DNA of 63,447 nucleotides, counting the filler, from Lenisia limosa (lineage: Eukaryota > Protista > Breviatea): assembly GCA_001655205.1 (NCBI GenBank). It is 17 parts of 17 records of this genome, joined end to end, with 100 filler letters (N's around TTAATTAATTAA, not from the genome) between each part and the next. Parts side by side here need not be neighbours in the genome. Positions count along the whole stretch, not along the records: positions 23,082 to 34,531 come from LPNZ01010458.1; positions 34,632 to 39,503 come from LPNZ01002571.1; 15 more parts are not named here. One strand, given 5' to 3'. The position numbers and the translations under genes were made by a program. The notes beneath the pieces were generated by a model, which had not been told where the DNA came from, did no database searches, and worked only from the letters and a program-made list of their open reading frames with translations. Every line of letters begins with the position of its first letter. The first letter of the stretch is position 1. Of the stretch, positions 23,484 to 37,600 are shown in pieces.

Positions 23484-25867
23484 CTAGGTCCAAATGGCCA
23501 CTACTGCCATCAGAGAAAAGCCGAAAATGGCCAAAAACAGCTTTGAAGGGAACAGCTTGCTTCCTGGGGCAAACTCTCTCAACAGTTCTGACGCGCTGAT
23601 TTCGATGAATGTTCCTGAGGGATTATTGGATTGGAGTCCAGAAAAGAAAAAACAGCGCTGATGGCCCTTAGTAATATGAGAAATAAGAGAAATGAGCATA
23701 TGAAAAGGTTTTACCGAAACAGTTCCATGCACCCCTTCTTGTGGTGGCTAGCTTCAACAATCTTAAAATATTGGTATTTATTTGAGATACATGCGATATA
23801 ATATTATAGAAAAGCCATTCCCACCAGATGCAAGGGCTGTGGCGAGAGACGAAATGTAATCAGTGAGCTCATCTTCGGTCCACTCCTGGAGACAGGCACC
23901 CTGTGCTGGTGTTAGCGGCTTTCTTTCAATTCAACACAAGAATCAGTAACAGATACACTCTCCCATGTTTAATCCCAATTTTGCACCAAGATGCCCCCCC
24001 ACGAAAACAATGCCGCACGGTGTGATGAAGGAGAAGGCCGTCACAATACCGATCTTCGCCCTCCTTGTCAAGCTCGTATCCAAGTACTTGACCCCAAGAG
24101 CGAAGGCTGCAGTGGCTTTGTGGGCAAGAATGGCAAAAAGTAGGACCACTGTTGAGCTCTGGTCGCTTTGAACTCCCATTGCAAGGCCTGAAGAATGGGG
24201 TGAGGTCGAGGAGCTTGGTAACAGTACCATCAAACTTGATGTAATATCATTTTAAATGGTATCAAATAGGCCCACTTAACCTCATCTTGATATTATAACA
24301 GGAAAGCAAACCCCCTAAAACCAGCAATGAAGCTATGCACAGCAAGAGCCATGAACAGCATGAAGGCAATGAACTGCTTTGATATCGTATCCATAACACC
24401 GTTGTGGTGATCCTGGGGGATTAGTGAACTTTGAACTTGAATGTAGCAATAATCTGGTATTCACCCCAGAAACAAAAACAAGTCTCCGTCTCCGATTTGC
24501 ACTGGGAGTCCACAAAAAAAACCTCTCACACAAACAAACCCTCCTAGGGGTTATATAACTACACTACACTACACAAGAAAAAAACAACAATAGGTAGTCA
24601 ATGGCACTCATTATCTCTCCCATGATCATATCCAAATGACATGCATTTAGGGTGCATCCTTCTCAAAATTGGTTGAATTACTAAAAAAAATAACCCTTAT
24701 CACATCATATTAAACGCTCCAATAAAACAGCATAATGTGTGTGTCAGAAAATATATAAAATATGCAGAAACCCCAGCAACCTCGTGCGAATGGTCATATT
24801 TAGTCACTTCATCCAAGGGGGAGCTGAGAGACGATTCAACAGAAGAGTTATAGGGGATGGTCACAACCGTCTAGGAAGTCAAAGATAAGCATCGGGGGAA
24901 AGGAAGAGGAGGGGGATATGATCGTAGCTTAAAGTTGACAACATTTAGCTCACATGTTCATTGGGGAGAATTGGGGTTTTTTCGTTTCCGCAATTGACAT
25001 CAAGTTCAGGGTAGTTTTTCGGTGGCTGGTTGGAGGGTTCATCAATATCTAAACAAAGATAATTAGTGTGCTATCATAATAAATCAATGATAAGTTCTAT
25101 TCATCACCCACAGAAAAACTTCATATCATGTCCCCCCTTCCACCATGACTATGGCCTGCAATTCGCATGGAGATGAGGACGATGAAGAAGCCCACACCCT
25201 GTACAGCGTAAACCACGGGGAAGTCAATGTCCAGTGGGAAGTCTTCAACAGCATCCGGGAGCATGTGGATGCACGCCACACTAAGGAACACTCCTGGGAT
25301 GGTAAACTATTGCCAGCACACTATGACAACAAAGTTTGGTGATAAAGAAGATTTTGATGGTGAGACGCTATGAATGAGAGATTTAAGTAGTTTGATATTG
25401 AAGGATATGGTGATAATTTTGAAATAATTGAAGAAGAAATCAGATCCGACAAGCGGCCTTAAACAGACAACAGCCCCAAAGAGAAATAAGAGAATGTACA
25501 CGACTTATACCATCAGAAAGCCCCCAAATTATTGAACAAATAACACTGCCAAGAGGCCAACTGAAAAGAGAGAAGAGGAAGGATACGTCATACTTTCTCA
25601 CGACAGACAGAATGTTCTGGAGCTCACCTCCAGCAAAGGCCGAGGAGCGCTGGACAATCCGTCTGATTTTCAATGGATTAGAGTTTTTAAACACAAAAAG
25701 TGGTAGATAGGACTAGAAGGGGTCAGGAAAGAGAAATCAATCTGACGAGAACTCACGCCAAGGATTCCAGCCACCATCACAATAGCTCCGCCAAGAACTT
25801 TGAACCAAAAAAGGTCCATTGAAGGCACCTCATCGGCCTTATCGAAAGTTTCACCCCAATCTACCAT
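23484..25867 (-). CDS. ZIP (ZRT/IRT, SLC39) zinc/iron transporter, apparently complete (about 9 exons)
   Basis: MVDWG...AGILG/SYLPLF...SAFAG/GVFLSVACIHMLPDA...GHSH, a His-containing loop, ALAVHSFIAG/LAMG...AILAHK...FSFITPCG, then GTFIEISASELL...AVVAIWT*. Phases are consistent where checked. Confidence 0.95.
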
Positions 25868-26333
25868 GTTGAGGACTATCTAAAAACTCTTTATGCAATA
25901 CACCACCTCAGTACTCGCAGTACCACCTAATTGATTAACCCAAGATTAACTTTTGAATTTGAACTTTCAACTTTAATGTATCAATAATCTGGGGGTATAT
26001 TCACCCTAGAAACAGAAAGAAGATTAGTCCTACTTTTTTCCACACTCTTTAAAACAGACCCTCTTTCTTCCATTCTTCTTCTTCCTCTCTTCTGTCTTCT
26101 TCTCCAACTGCTATCATCCTAAATTATATCTTTACAGATAAATACAGTGCCAAAAGTCCTGAAACAGTGGATAGTGCTCAGAAACCTCCTGAGGGTGTTT
26201 CAAGGTAAATGCAGGATTATTTCTATTTGTTCTGATTTTGTTTACTAGCCTCAAATTCAGTACTCTTTTGACATGTTGGCACTACACGCAGAGAGCATTC
26301 TTCATTCGCTAATTGCCCCCTTCTCATTCGCAG

Positions 26334-27400
26334 ATGGCCCTCAGTTACATTGCGCCGTTTGCACAGAAGAAGCTTATTGACCTTCTAAGAGAGTCAGAAG
26401 CTGTTTCTATTGCTGAAGTTACTGATTTTTTGGTTTGTTGAAAGCGTTTCTTTTTCCTGAAGTGTTCTTCTTGAACCCTCCTTTTCCAACAATTCAGGTG
26501 AACTCAGCAGGTCTCCCGGAAAATGAAGTTCCACATGTGATAGATAGTGTCAAGAAGAGCCCCCACATTGTGTGAGTGGTGGTGAACGTGGGTTTTGTGT
26601 TAATCCCACTCTTTCAACACCTTTTACTCATTATAAACGTACTGTATTATGAGAGGATAGGTGGGTTGGTCAAAATTCAAAAGAGAATAATATATCATAT
26701 GATATATATAATATGATATACTATATAATATAGGATATTTTGCATGCTTTACAGAACTTTGTTCTTGTAGTCTTAATGTTTTAGGGAGACACCGGATGGT
26801 TTAAAGTTCAACCATCAGATCACAATAGCCAGCTTACCGCACTTCATATACGTGCTACACGAGAGTCGGGTTCTGAGTTTGTCCAAGAATTGCCGCGTGT
26901 ACCCTGGCTTCGACACTGATGTTGAAAAACTGCAACAGCGGAATATTTTGCAGGTTAGAGGGGAACATCTCAAACCATGTCATATGGCTAACCCAAGGTT
27001 TAATGTCATTTCAAGGGGATCATATGGAGGTCCCATGTGAGTGGTAACAAAGACTGGGAAGGAGCATTGCAGGCACATCCCTACACCAAGAAACATTTGA
27101 GCACTTCATCTCCTAGGTTCTGAAGAATGAAAGCACACAAGAGTTGACGTACATGCTTGCAGACTCCAACTTCCTTCTCAATGTCACGCCGCCAACCAAG
27201 AAATGCTGGAACATGGTCCATCCAAACCCCTCAGCCAGGGATGAAGATTTGGTATCAAGGTGGGCGTTAGCCGTATTTCAGATAAGCGTTCAGTCTTTTT
27301 GTGTTACCATTGATATGAATTCATGAATTACAGTTCTTCCCTTATTATCCCCAGGAAATGAAGCACCCAGAAGATTCAAAAACGATACATTGAAACTTAA
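26334..27400 (+). CDS. GTF2E2: Probable transcription initiation factor IIE beta subunit
   Basis: Spliced KKLIDLLRESEAVSIAE/V...VIDSVKKSPHIV/ETPDGLKFNHQITI...YPGFDTDVEKLQQRNILQ/VLKNE...NVTPPTKKCWNMV follows the TFIIE-beta pattern (NPKI, F-x-P, late W-x-x-V). Similarity is weak and judged by eye; last exon uncertain. Confidence 0.55.
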
Positions 27401-27644
27401 TACGACTTGTAATACCAGGACATTGAGGTTATTGAAGTGATTCCTCTTTAGTTGTTGTTAGTTTTACCATTCAAGATCTCTTCATTCGTTTGCTGAAAAT
27501 ATCAATGGTCATTATATAAATGATGAAAAGTATTTGGCTATGTTACTTAGTTTTTGATTCATTTACATGTAACAGTATCAGATACAAGAAATCATTTGAC
27601 AAAAGGCATTCAAAGGAACAATTTGATAAAGCCCATCCAAACTA

Positions 27645-29260
27645 GTAGTTTACCATCCCCTACCGAGATCGTGAGAGAAGCACCGTCGAGTCTTCGCATG
27701 CACAACTCTTGCGGTGAAGTGATGCTCTTTCTGCAACATGTGAGAAACATTGTTGATTTGAAACAGTAGTATTTAAAAAATTTGACGATGCTCTATTCTC
27801 TGAGAGGATGTCAGCTGAAGGGCATCAAATGCATTGAAGCAAGCAGCTTTGTGATATTTATATTTGTTTCACAAGGGATATACATCATTGAAGTACATTT
27901 ACATCATTGAAGAAATATAAAGCAACAAACAAATAACAAGAAAACCAGATTAAAGAAGGGGGAAGAACAACGAAGGGGTATTGCGTAGAATCCATTCCCT
28001 GGATTCCAACAAAAAAAAATATTCAGGAAATCAACACCACTGACCTCTATAGACTCTTGTATTGACAAACTCTCCTCTGGCGGATTTATTGTAACTTTAT
28101 AGTTCTGAAGAGGTGACTCCATCATTAACAAATGCAGCTATTCAACAAGGGGCATTTGAGGGGGCTCCATCAATCATCTCACTCCAATGTTATCATATAT
28201 AATATATGAATCACATGAACAAGTAGAAAGCTTTGTTTTCATGATAATTGTTCATCATTATTGATCAGATAGTAATCGAGGAGTTAGAGACAATACAATC
28301 GTTTGGCAACCTCAAAAACGATACTATGGTGGTACTCAGTATCCATGTTGGAACTAAATGAAAGCCTGCATAATATAAATAAAAAGGAAAATGGAGCCTT
28401 ATCCAGTTCTTACTTTTAGTGATATTGGTACCAATTTATCGAGAGCAGCAGTGAAGGCTGATGTTAGCCCCCTCAGATATGTTTGGGTATTGACCTACAG
28501 GAATTAGGAAGCTTGATTTATCAAAATTAACTAACACAAAAGATATTAGGCATCAAATCTTGGATAATGTAATTTTGTTATCATTGAACTTGACACAACA
28601 TAAAAATTAGAAACTATCCCATCTTTTTACAATATGATTGAAACCAAAATAATAATCCTGAACACGGAAAAAAAAAAAAAAAAACTGCAGCAAAAGGATG
28701 AAATATTAAAGGGTAAGTATTTCTAGTTACTACTATTACTCTTATTACTCAGCCAACTTTCAAANNNNNNNNNNNNNNNNNNNNNNNNNNNNNNNNNNGG
28801 CTTTCATTGCATCATCAATCGGGCCGTCATGCTTCACGCACACTGTTACTAGAATATCAATGCCCAAAGTGTAGGCTAAGATGGAAATAAAAACGAAAGC
28901 TAGGAGTTTGTACCTTGGTGAAGGCCCTTATGGGCGTTTTATCTGTGGTAAACTGCTGTTGAAGAGTAAGTATTTGATTACAGCTTGCAAATGAGGTGAC
29001 ACATTATTGTGGTAAGATTCCAAAATCTCGTATGTACTACTATATGTTTGTAGATAGATGTGTAGGATGGGGTAATAATTACAGTTGCTTTCGGTACCAG
29101 TAGCATTGCTATCGCTTTCAAAAAGGTGCAGTAGTATTGCCCCTTCCTCTCCAATCCTTCAACATTGTTGTTTCAACCCATCATACCAGCCATAGTTGGC
29201 ACAAAACCACACATTCGGACAAGCTCCTCCGCCGACTGTGTCATTGCAACTGGGCGGTGA
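27645..29260 (-). CDS. Putative multi-exon gene, unknown function
   Basis: AG/GT-bounded exons AVIKYLLFNSSLPQINAHKGLHQ, VTVCVKHDGPIDDAMKA, VNTQTYLRGLTSAFTAALDKLVPISLK, LHLLMMESPLQNYKVTINPPEESLSIQESIE. Confidence 0.45.
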
Positions 29261-29738
29261 GAAATGCTATCTGCTCAATACATTCTCCAAACCAAAACAA
29301 CTTGTCACTCACATAGGCGGAGTTAATCCACCGTTTAGAATATCAAATATAGAGCACTGAGCCGTATCAGTATATGGAATATGGAATGAAGGTAAAACAA
29401 GGATGATAGGTATGAGGCAAGAAGATATGGGAGAAAAAAAACAAACCTCAATTTCAATTATATTTAGTTTTTCCGGTTCTCTACGTTTATAAAGCTTTCT
29501 AAAATCATTTAAACGGGCAAGATTAAAAAACCTGGGGAGAAAAGCAATATCGGCGGCCGTAGTTTACTTTTCTGCTTTCTCTCTCCCCCTCTCTCTCTCT
29601 CTTCTTGCTCTGTCTATTATTTTTTTGTGGTGCGTGTTATTTATTTCTTAATTTCTTCAATTCTTCTTATTCATTTGGTAGCACTCCCCCTCTCCATCTC
29701 ATATGTGACGGATAAAAAGGAGTCACTTCACAGGCAGC

Positions 29739-32112
29739 ATGCAATCTATGCTCCCCCCTGATGCCAGGCGTCCTTCAATTCCCAACCGCAAGAGGCCACG
29801 AGAGGGGCAGTGGGAAGAAGAACGCCCCATCATTGACAGTGAACGGCTTGTGGTATGTCTGGTCATCTATATTTTAAACATCTTTTCTCACGACATAGAC
29901 GCAAGAAGAAGTGTGGAAAGACCTTCTTCCCTGGAACATATATCATGAAATAAGAGAGCCTTTGACAACGCCAGAGAAGCTTCTGAATCAGGACCTTCGT
30001 GTCAAGGACGCCAACTACATATGCTTCGGCCTCACCTGTGACCAAGCTGAGTGGATCCAGAAGGTTGGCTGTGGTAATAAAAGAAGTTGTAATTGTAAAT
30101 ATGCTACAGTGGCATTGGAAACTAATGATGTGTAAAAATCAGACTAAGAAGGAGTAGTTTTATCTGTGAAGCCTCCTGGTATGTCTTACATAAATTTCTG
30201 CCTGAGAGTTTGCATCTGATAGTGAGGTCATTGGGCTAATAATGGCAAAAATGATGTGAATCTGAAGTGGGGGGGGGGGGGNNNNNNNNNNNNNNNNNNN
30301 NNNNNNNNNNNNNNNNNNNNNNNNNNNNNNNNNNNNNNNNNNNNNNNNNNNNATTATAGACTCATGACTGTCATCTGATTAAATGGCCAATTTTACCATT
30401 AGGTTGCCGACGAAAACTGGTACAAAGAAGAAGAGACCACTTCAGAGCCAAACACACCATGGCTCTTGAAAAAACCCGATGTATGGGACAAGATAATCAA
30501 ATATAACCAAGGGGAGGGGGGAGGGAGTCTTCAATCTGGTATAAGCATTATATGTATGATATGATATATTACTAACTCTATATGCATGTACTTTATTTTG
30601 ACAAGATGTTCTTCTCTCCAAAATGAATGCTATTGTCCATTATTCTGACATAATCAGTGCCCTCTTCCTCGAGTTGCCCTCAGGCCCCTGAATAGTGATG
30701 GGAAGACCTACGCCAAAACCGTCCTGGAGTCTCCAGATGTGAAGCTGTTGCCCTTGGGCCTAGTACCCTCTGTGGGATTTGTTGGGGAATGTCAATTCCA
30801 GTAAAAGAGGTTTTAATGATTATATCTTCTGATTGAGTTGATTAACATCACTTGTATTATCCAGTCATCAACTGCCTGGACTGACATTTACACCTGTCTC
30901 CATCTATTACAGTCCTGTTATCAACGCTTCCATCTGATATGATGTCTTTTTATTGCTATATTATATGATGACTTTTTGTCAAATAAATCTAAGATAAGGT
31001 AAACGTCTTTACTGTCCCAGATGGACACTTTCATAGCACCAGTGGCATCTGAGCCTCTCGCGAATTACAGTCATTTGGAGCTTGATCCTCTAGCTGACTG
31101 TCTTCCCCATTATGAAGAGGAGGTATGTTTGGAAATTTTAGTTCCACGTTTGTCAAACTCAAGACTAAATCGTGACATTCTAAAATGGGTTAATTCTACA
31201 GTGTACAAAAATCTTCAAAGACTGGACCAATGAGGAGAAAGATGCATTTTTTTCAAATATCAAGAGGCTTACTCGGTATAACCCTGACCTGCTGTCACGT
31301 CGCATCGTCACCAAAACCACTGAAGAGGTTTGTGGGGGCACATTTTCCACCTATAGAATAATATGAAAAGTATCGGTTTGAATTGCAAGGTAATCGATAT
31401 TGCAACTCTCAATCTTTCAGGTTAAAGAGGTTCTTTGTCTTTTGGAAGCTAATTTGCGAGAACTTCGCTCTTTTGGAGGTAAGAGGGAATTGGGCAATAC
31501 TCATCTTCAATACATATAGATAGATCTTTCGTATATGTATACAGTGACCGGGATTTATTTTCATAATCCATAGTAAATCGGTGAAGACCTATCCTGGTCA
31601 GTGTATATATATACATGTATTCTGAAAAAGTATGAGTAAAATTATGATTCGCGCTGTTTTTCTGACTCAATTCTTTCTTTTGGATATCATTTGATGGTCT
31701 TGTTCAGGGGAATGGACAGAAACTGCCATGACCTTTGATGACACGTCATCATGTGGAGAGGCTGAAGAGTCTGAATCAGAGAGCGATAGCGATACTTCGG
31801 ATCACGAGATCGAAATTGCACCTCCTTCTATCGATGAGCCACCTCCTGAACCCGTGGATCCCCCGAGTGACGAGCCTATTATCGACCTTGGTGATGACGA
31901 TGACCCATGTAGTATTATTAATCGCAAAACCCTTGATGTTTTCGCCAAATGGTGAGATGTTCAACTGTATTTCTCTGATACAGCTGACGTTGCCTTTCTA
32001 TCTTAGTTGTTTCAGTTTGTTCTCATGATTGTAGTGCTTTTGGTCCTGAAGGAACAGCAACAGACCTATCTCTAACCGAAATGATGGAGCAAGACCTACG
32101 GGGCTTCTTAAC
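29739..32112 (+). CDS. SANT/Myb-domain protein (Rrn5-like pattern) with acidic/Pro-rich linker
   Basis: ATG 29739 with an NLS-like RKRPR; exon ~31202-31327 WTNEEKDAFFSNIKRLTRYNPDLLSRRIVTKTTEE spliced to VKEVLCLLEANLREL; then EESESESDSD and a PPPEP tract. Confidence 0.7.
31543..31603. mobile_element. MITE family B copy, internally deleted (partials at ~2040-2076, ~2607-2700, ~9000-9090, ~15355-15381, ~53480-53529)
   Basis: TA-CAGTGACCGGGAT...ATCCTGGTCAGTG-TA. Confidence 0.75.
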
Positions 32113-32818
32113 TGTAAGTTTATGCTTGTCCCATAATGAATTAATTTATCGAAAAATGAATATCAACGCAGTATTGTTCTTCATTTTATTGGTTGACGGT
32201 CTTTAGAAGACTATCAAGACGTCATTGTCTCTAATGTACTCCCATCAAGTAGGCTGCAATCTTGTTTCAATCTCACGACCACCATTAATCTGAAACGGAA
32301 TGTTTCAATGATATCAGTTTTCTTTGAAGAGGCTTACTTGTTAGAAAATAATCTCGCGGGACATCCTTGAAAAGGCCTTGCATAAGGAACAGTATCGAGT
32401 CTTTCTCCCTTCTGACCAAAAAATATCCTTGTAAGCCTTTTGAGCTACAATGCTCGATTCATGTACGATCCTATTCAAGTTACCTGGCGCAAATACCTTT
32501 TCAAAACTCTTGATCCCTCGTAGTTAATCTAATCCTCCTCGGTGTACTAATGTATTCAGTTGAAAGGTACCCCCCCCCCCCTATGGTNNNNNNNNNNNNN
32601 NNNNNNNNNNNNNNNNNNNNNNNNNNCAAGTATTTCAATATTTATCTTTTCGTTTTTTGAACTGACTCAGTTGAATCGGAATTAATATTATATATTAAAA
32701 ATCAACAGTTAATGAAAGGATGGTATTATGTCAGCACACTCACATCTCAAATATGACCTCAAATCAAAATAGAAACAACAAAAATAAAAATAAAACATAA
32801 CATCAGATGGAGGGGGTG

Positions 32819-34228
32819 TCAACGACGTCTCATCACAGACTCCACGACAGTTCTCGGCATTGAGGGCTTTATATGACCTGCAGCAAGGGCCATTTCTTCA
32901 GCCTAAAACGTGATTAGTTCCTCAGAACAAAAATTGTCATCTGACTGTAAGAATAGCAAATTAAACCTACCTCGGGGACAGAGAGTTCATGTTGCTCTCT
33001 AAGATAGGCTAAGTCCGGTTTGTCTCTAGCAGCTTGTGGGTCCTAGAGAGAGTAGGTGGCTTTTGATATAATTCGGAGATGATGGGGGAGAATGGTAGAC
33101 CAGTATTATTAAGAAAGGAGGCGCGGGGGATCTTTGAGCTGAATGAGACAAGTCGATGTGGCCGACCTCAACCCCCCTACGAGAACAGAAGGAGCTTTAC
33201 TTGGCTGTTCAGTCGGCAGCTCGCTAACGTCAAATCCAGACTCGCAGAATACCTGGCTGTTATATCGGTTGCAATTTCTCATCCCTTATCATGAATCAGT
33301 AAATATGTATAAGAACATGTGATCCCTTGTATTTATTTGTTTCCCAAGATTTCTAACTTATTATCCCTTTTTTGTTTCAAAAAAGGAAATCGAGATACTG
33401 AACACTTCCCACTTTTGGCTTAGAAAGCTGAGGAATCGACCCTTTCAGAACAAATGCGCTTAACTTTGGAACCATCTGAATAGTGAACAGTGTCAAAGGT
33501 ATAGATACCACCCGCCATGATGGTAGTACCATATCAGATGATTTGGTAGCTCATCAGCTTTTGGATATTAATTCTTGAAAATATGATAGACTCTTGCCAC
33601 CTTCTTGCCAAGGGGTTTTTTGAGGTTCGGGAAGGGGACAGTTGGTCGTGTGGCCTACAGCATGAAATGACTTGGACTGAAATTGAATTATGGATATGTA
33701 ACAATTAGTGCAAAATATGACTGGCTTAAGCGATTGAGGGAAACATCCATATTTGGGCCATACCGGCATGGGCTTTGGGACAATTGGGCTAACTGCAGCC
33801 TTCACAGCCAATAACCCCTTGAAAATAAGCCACTGTTAAAAACTTCAAGATCACAAAGCATAAGAGAACCAACCTGCGAATTGCTCGAGAGTTTACTGAC
33901 TGCACGAGGCTTCTGGGGAGGAGAGGGACAGCGAATTGGTCTGAACGATGCAAATGGGGCTTTTTCGGGGGTCATGGACCGAACCGGGACCGATCGGGCT
34001 TTGGGAGAAACGGATGCTTGCGGCGATCTTAGGGGGCAATTCGAGGGAACAAGGAGGCAGTCAGGTGACTAAATGGATAAATGTGTAAAACCACCGATGA
34101 GGTGCGGAAAATGTGATAATTAAAATTACATAAAACGGGATTATCCCCCCCCTCCCAACAGTAGTCTCCAGTGAGGCCCGCAGAGGGGTGTTCGGAGTGG
34201 GAATGGAACTTGGTTGGGCCTGTCGCAT
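32819..34228 (-). CDS. Pro/Ser/Lys-rich protein, unknown function
   Basis: Chain of short AG/GT exons: MRQAQPSSIPTPNTPLRASLETT, SPQASVSPKARSVP...SSNSQ, GLLAVKAAVSPIVPKPMP, DPQAARDKPDLAYLREQHELSVPE, MALAAGHIKPSMPRTVVESVMRRR*. Confidence 0.5.
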
Positions 34229-34692
34229 TGACCATGGTGACAGCGATGAAGAATGTGAGAACCTAGGGAGGTCAATACTGTTGTCGTATTGTAAGAATGT
34301 ATCAGGGCACACCCCAAAACAACTCGATTATAGCGTCTATCTATTATGATATCTTCAATAAAAATAAATAAAACAGAATATATATTGTAAGAAATTTATT
34401 TGGTAATAACACCCACCCTGGAGAAACAGATGAAGTGGCCAGCCTGTCAAAGGCAGAGGAGAGGGGTGACAACGAAGACGATTGATGCCGAAAGTGGGAC
34501 ACGTTGAAGGGGAGTACTGGGGGGGGGGGGGNNNNNNNNNNNNNNNNNNNNNNNNNNNNNNNNNNNNNNNNNNNNTTAATTAATTAANNNNNNNNNNNNN
34601 NNNNNNNNNNNNNNNNNNNNNNNNNNNNNNNATAAATTGAGTTTGACAATGTCCCTCTTGATTTGCTACTAATTAATTTCAATATTTTTCAG

Positions 34693-37600
34693 ATGTCCGA
34701 AATAAAGAGCTTCTACGAGTCCCAAGCTGCGGAGCTCAAGTCCAATTTGGCTGATGCTCAGAAAGAGATGGAAAAGAGCCAGGCCCAGGTTTGTCAGGAT
34801 TTAATTGTCACTTCGTTTGCCCTCAATTTTTATTTTCAGCACCGAATTTAATGATATAACTCCCCACTTCTTATATTTTAGTCCCCCAGCGCTGACGTCA
34901 CCAGTAAACTGGCTAAACTTAAGGCCGACCTTACGAGTGCTCAGAACGCCCTCAGCCGCACTGAAGGCGAGTTGCAGGTCAGGGGAGTGGGTATGGAAGG
35001 AAGGGCTTGGGAATATGGATTCGTATTTGTACACACATGTGTAAACTATATATCATATGAAGTAGCTATGTATGTGTGTGTGGATATATTATATAGCTAT
35101 ATGTGTGTTGATATATCATATATGTGTGTATATGTATAATACTAGATGTATTATATCATATGATGTTCTTGTGTTTTCTGTTTTTGTAGTAGTTGTCTCA
35201 TTTACTACTGCAAAATAGTCAGCATTTTGACCATTTTAGAAATCCAGGGAGGATCATCTGAATACTCAAGCCGAGATATCAAAAGTACGGGGATGTGCTG
35301 CATCCTTGGTGTTGAAATTGGCTGGTTTCGTTCTCATTGCTTTGATTTATATTATTTCTGCTTCGTAATGTTTTTCATCTTCATTGATGGTTTTCATATT
35401 TGCGTTACAAGTCTTCTGTTTCTGTGTTCATTTTGAATTGGTTCCTTTTTTTTTTTCATGCTATAATTTTGCTCTTATTTGCCTGTTAGCTTCTTTTTTT
35501 TTTGTTTTGCTCCAATGTCCTTCTTTGATTGTTGCAGACTCGAGAGGACTGTACAGAGGCTGTCCACAAGGCCGAGGCTGCTGATACACAAAGCAGGGTT
35601 TTGGAACAGGTACGGGGAATTCGGTTTTTGGCAGTTAGTCGTGTTGTTTTGAAACTACATAGGTTGATACAATCTTTGAATAACCGAGTCTGTGTTTGAC
35701 ATTCCGCCTTTTTTTCATTTCCTAGAAACTACACAAGTCCGAAGAGGCTCTCAGATCGCTCCAAATGCAGTGTTCCGAAGCTGAGGACAAGATCTCAATG
35801 TTTGAAGGGCTTTTGTTGGGGTATTTGGTTGCTTTTTGCTCAACGCTTAGAGGGATCTGGCCTGGTCCTTAGTCCAGTGTAGTAAACTATGCTCATGGAT
35901 TGTATTCCCGTTCTTTGGCATTCAGCCAATATTATACTGCAACCTGCGTTGTATGCAATGAGAAATACAACAAGGTTGTATCTGGCCGAAGCCTTCCACA
36001 CCATCACACCACCATTGAATTATTATAATATTACTTCATGCAATCATTTGCCTCTACACACAGCTTTCAGCATTACCCAATAGGAGTAGCTCCCAAATGG
36101 ACCGACAAATGTCTTCGAAACAGCGGCAAATTGACGATCTAACCGATCAGATAAGCAAGGCTGAAACTGAGGTTGGTTGCCTAAATTTTTGTTCCTCCTG
36201 GTATTCCATATTCGCAGGTTATTTACCATATTAGGCAAGTCAGCTCCGAAAAAAGGCCGCAAACCTGCTGCAAAAGGTTGATTCAGCTGAAGCTCGCGCT
36301 TTGGACTCCGAGGAAACAGTATGTTGACATATGATATGTTCACTGTTCCATTATGTTGGATCAGGACACTTTCACATTACATGGAGATTCTATTTCATCA
36401 TTTTGCCTTACCTCCTCAGGTTACGGAGCTGAAGGGGCAACTCAATAGGGCCAATAAGGACTTAGAACTTTCAAAAGCTGACGTATGTATCAATAATACA
36501 ACCCATTTTAATTTCCCATTTCTTGGGACATAATTTGGGCTTCACTTCGGTTCGAAAAAGACCGGTATAATATCGATAGTTTTCGAGGAGGTATTGAGAA
36601 ATTCAGTCTTTTTTTTTCGAACCGAAGTGAAGTGAAGTCCTAGACATATTATACATTGCGCCTTCACCCTGCAGAACGTTCGCGTCAGTCAGCAACTAGT
36701 TGATGCACAGACCAACAACGCACAGCTCAAATCCCAATTCAAAGAGGTCTGTCATATCGTAATATGGCCAGAAGCGACTGGCCTGGGCCAACAGAGTTGA
36801 TTCAAGTTTTTTTTTTTTTTTTTTTCNNNNNNNNNNNNNNNNNNNNNNNNNNNNNNNNNNNNNNNNNNNNNNNNNNNNNNNNCCCGGTAAAAGCCCAAGT
36901 AACGCAATAGACCTCAGCTAAATTAGCGTCTGCTGAAGCGGAGGCTTTCGACTGGAGAACACAGGTGCGTATCTTTGTATTTTATTAATCATTCCATTAA
37001 GAAAGAAATTACCCTGTTTTTGTAATTCGTTGACCCATTTTGACTCGAATTAACTTTACTTGTCATAGCTTAATATCTTCTCCCTCACCACCAACATTCT
37101 ACATGCGTAAAATGCGTTGTGATGACAAATCAAGCTGACCAAATACTAACCATTCAGCACGAAACGGTTTCAACCGAACTCGATCGTCTCCAACACAAAG
37201 TGGGGGAAGAGGGCCAAGCCTTGCAGCGGGGCTAACGGGGTAATATGGTATAACTAGGACTTCACTTCGGTTATAAATTTCTCGGTAAATCTTCGAAAAT
37301 TATCGATATTTTACCTGTATTTTTTGAACCAAAGGAAGCCCCAGGTATTCGCAAGTTTTCGCTATTGGTAGTTTCTTTATATTTCTCCAATTAATTACTG
37401 ACGACTTACTCCGATCCAGGCAGATAAGGAGCGACGACAATTGGATGACGCAATTGCACAACTCAGTGAGCGCGAGCGCGATGTCAGAAAGCTTGAGTCC
37501 AGCCTTCGAAGTGCTACGGGCCGGGCTGAGACTGACCAGGAGGTGGGGGAGGGGTATTCATACAAAATGAGAAGTATGGAATTCCGGATAAGCTCTGTAA

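Noticed and set aside
25440-25626. In-frame stop suggesting a ZIP pseudogene or a non-standard genetic code
   Set aside because: Resolved by a longer intron (~25627 to ~25282), which gives FAG/GVFLS in frame; the standard code fits all modelled genes.
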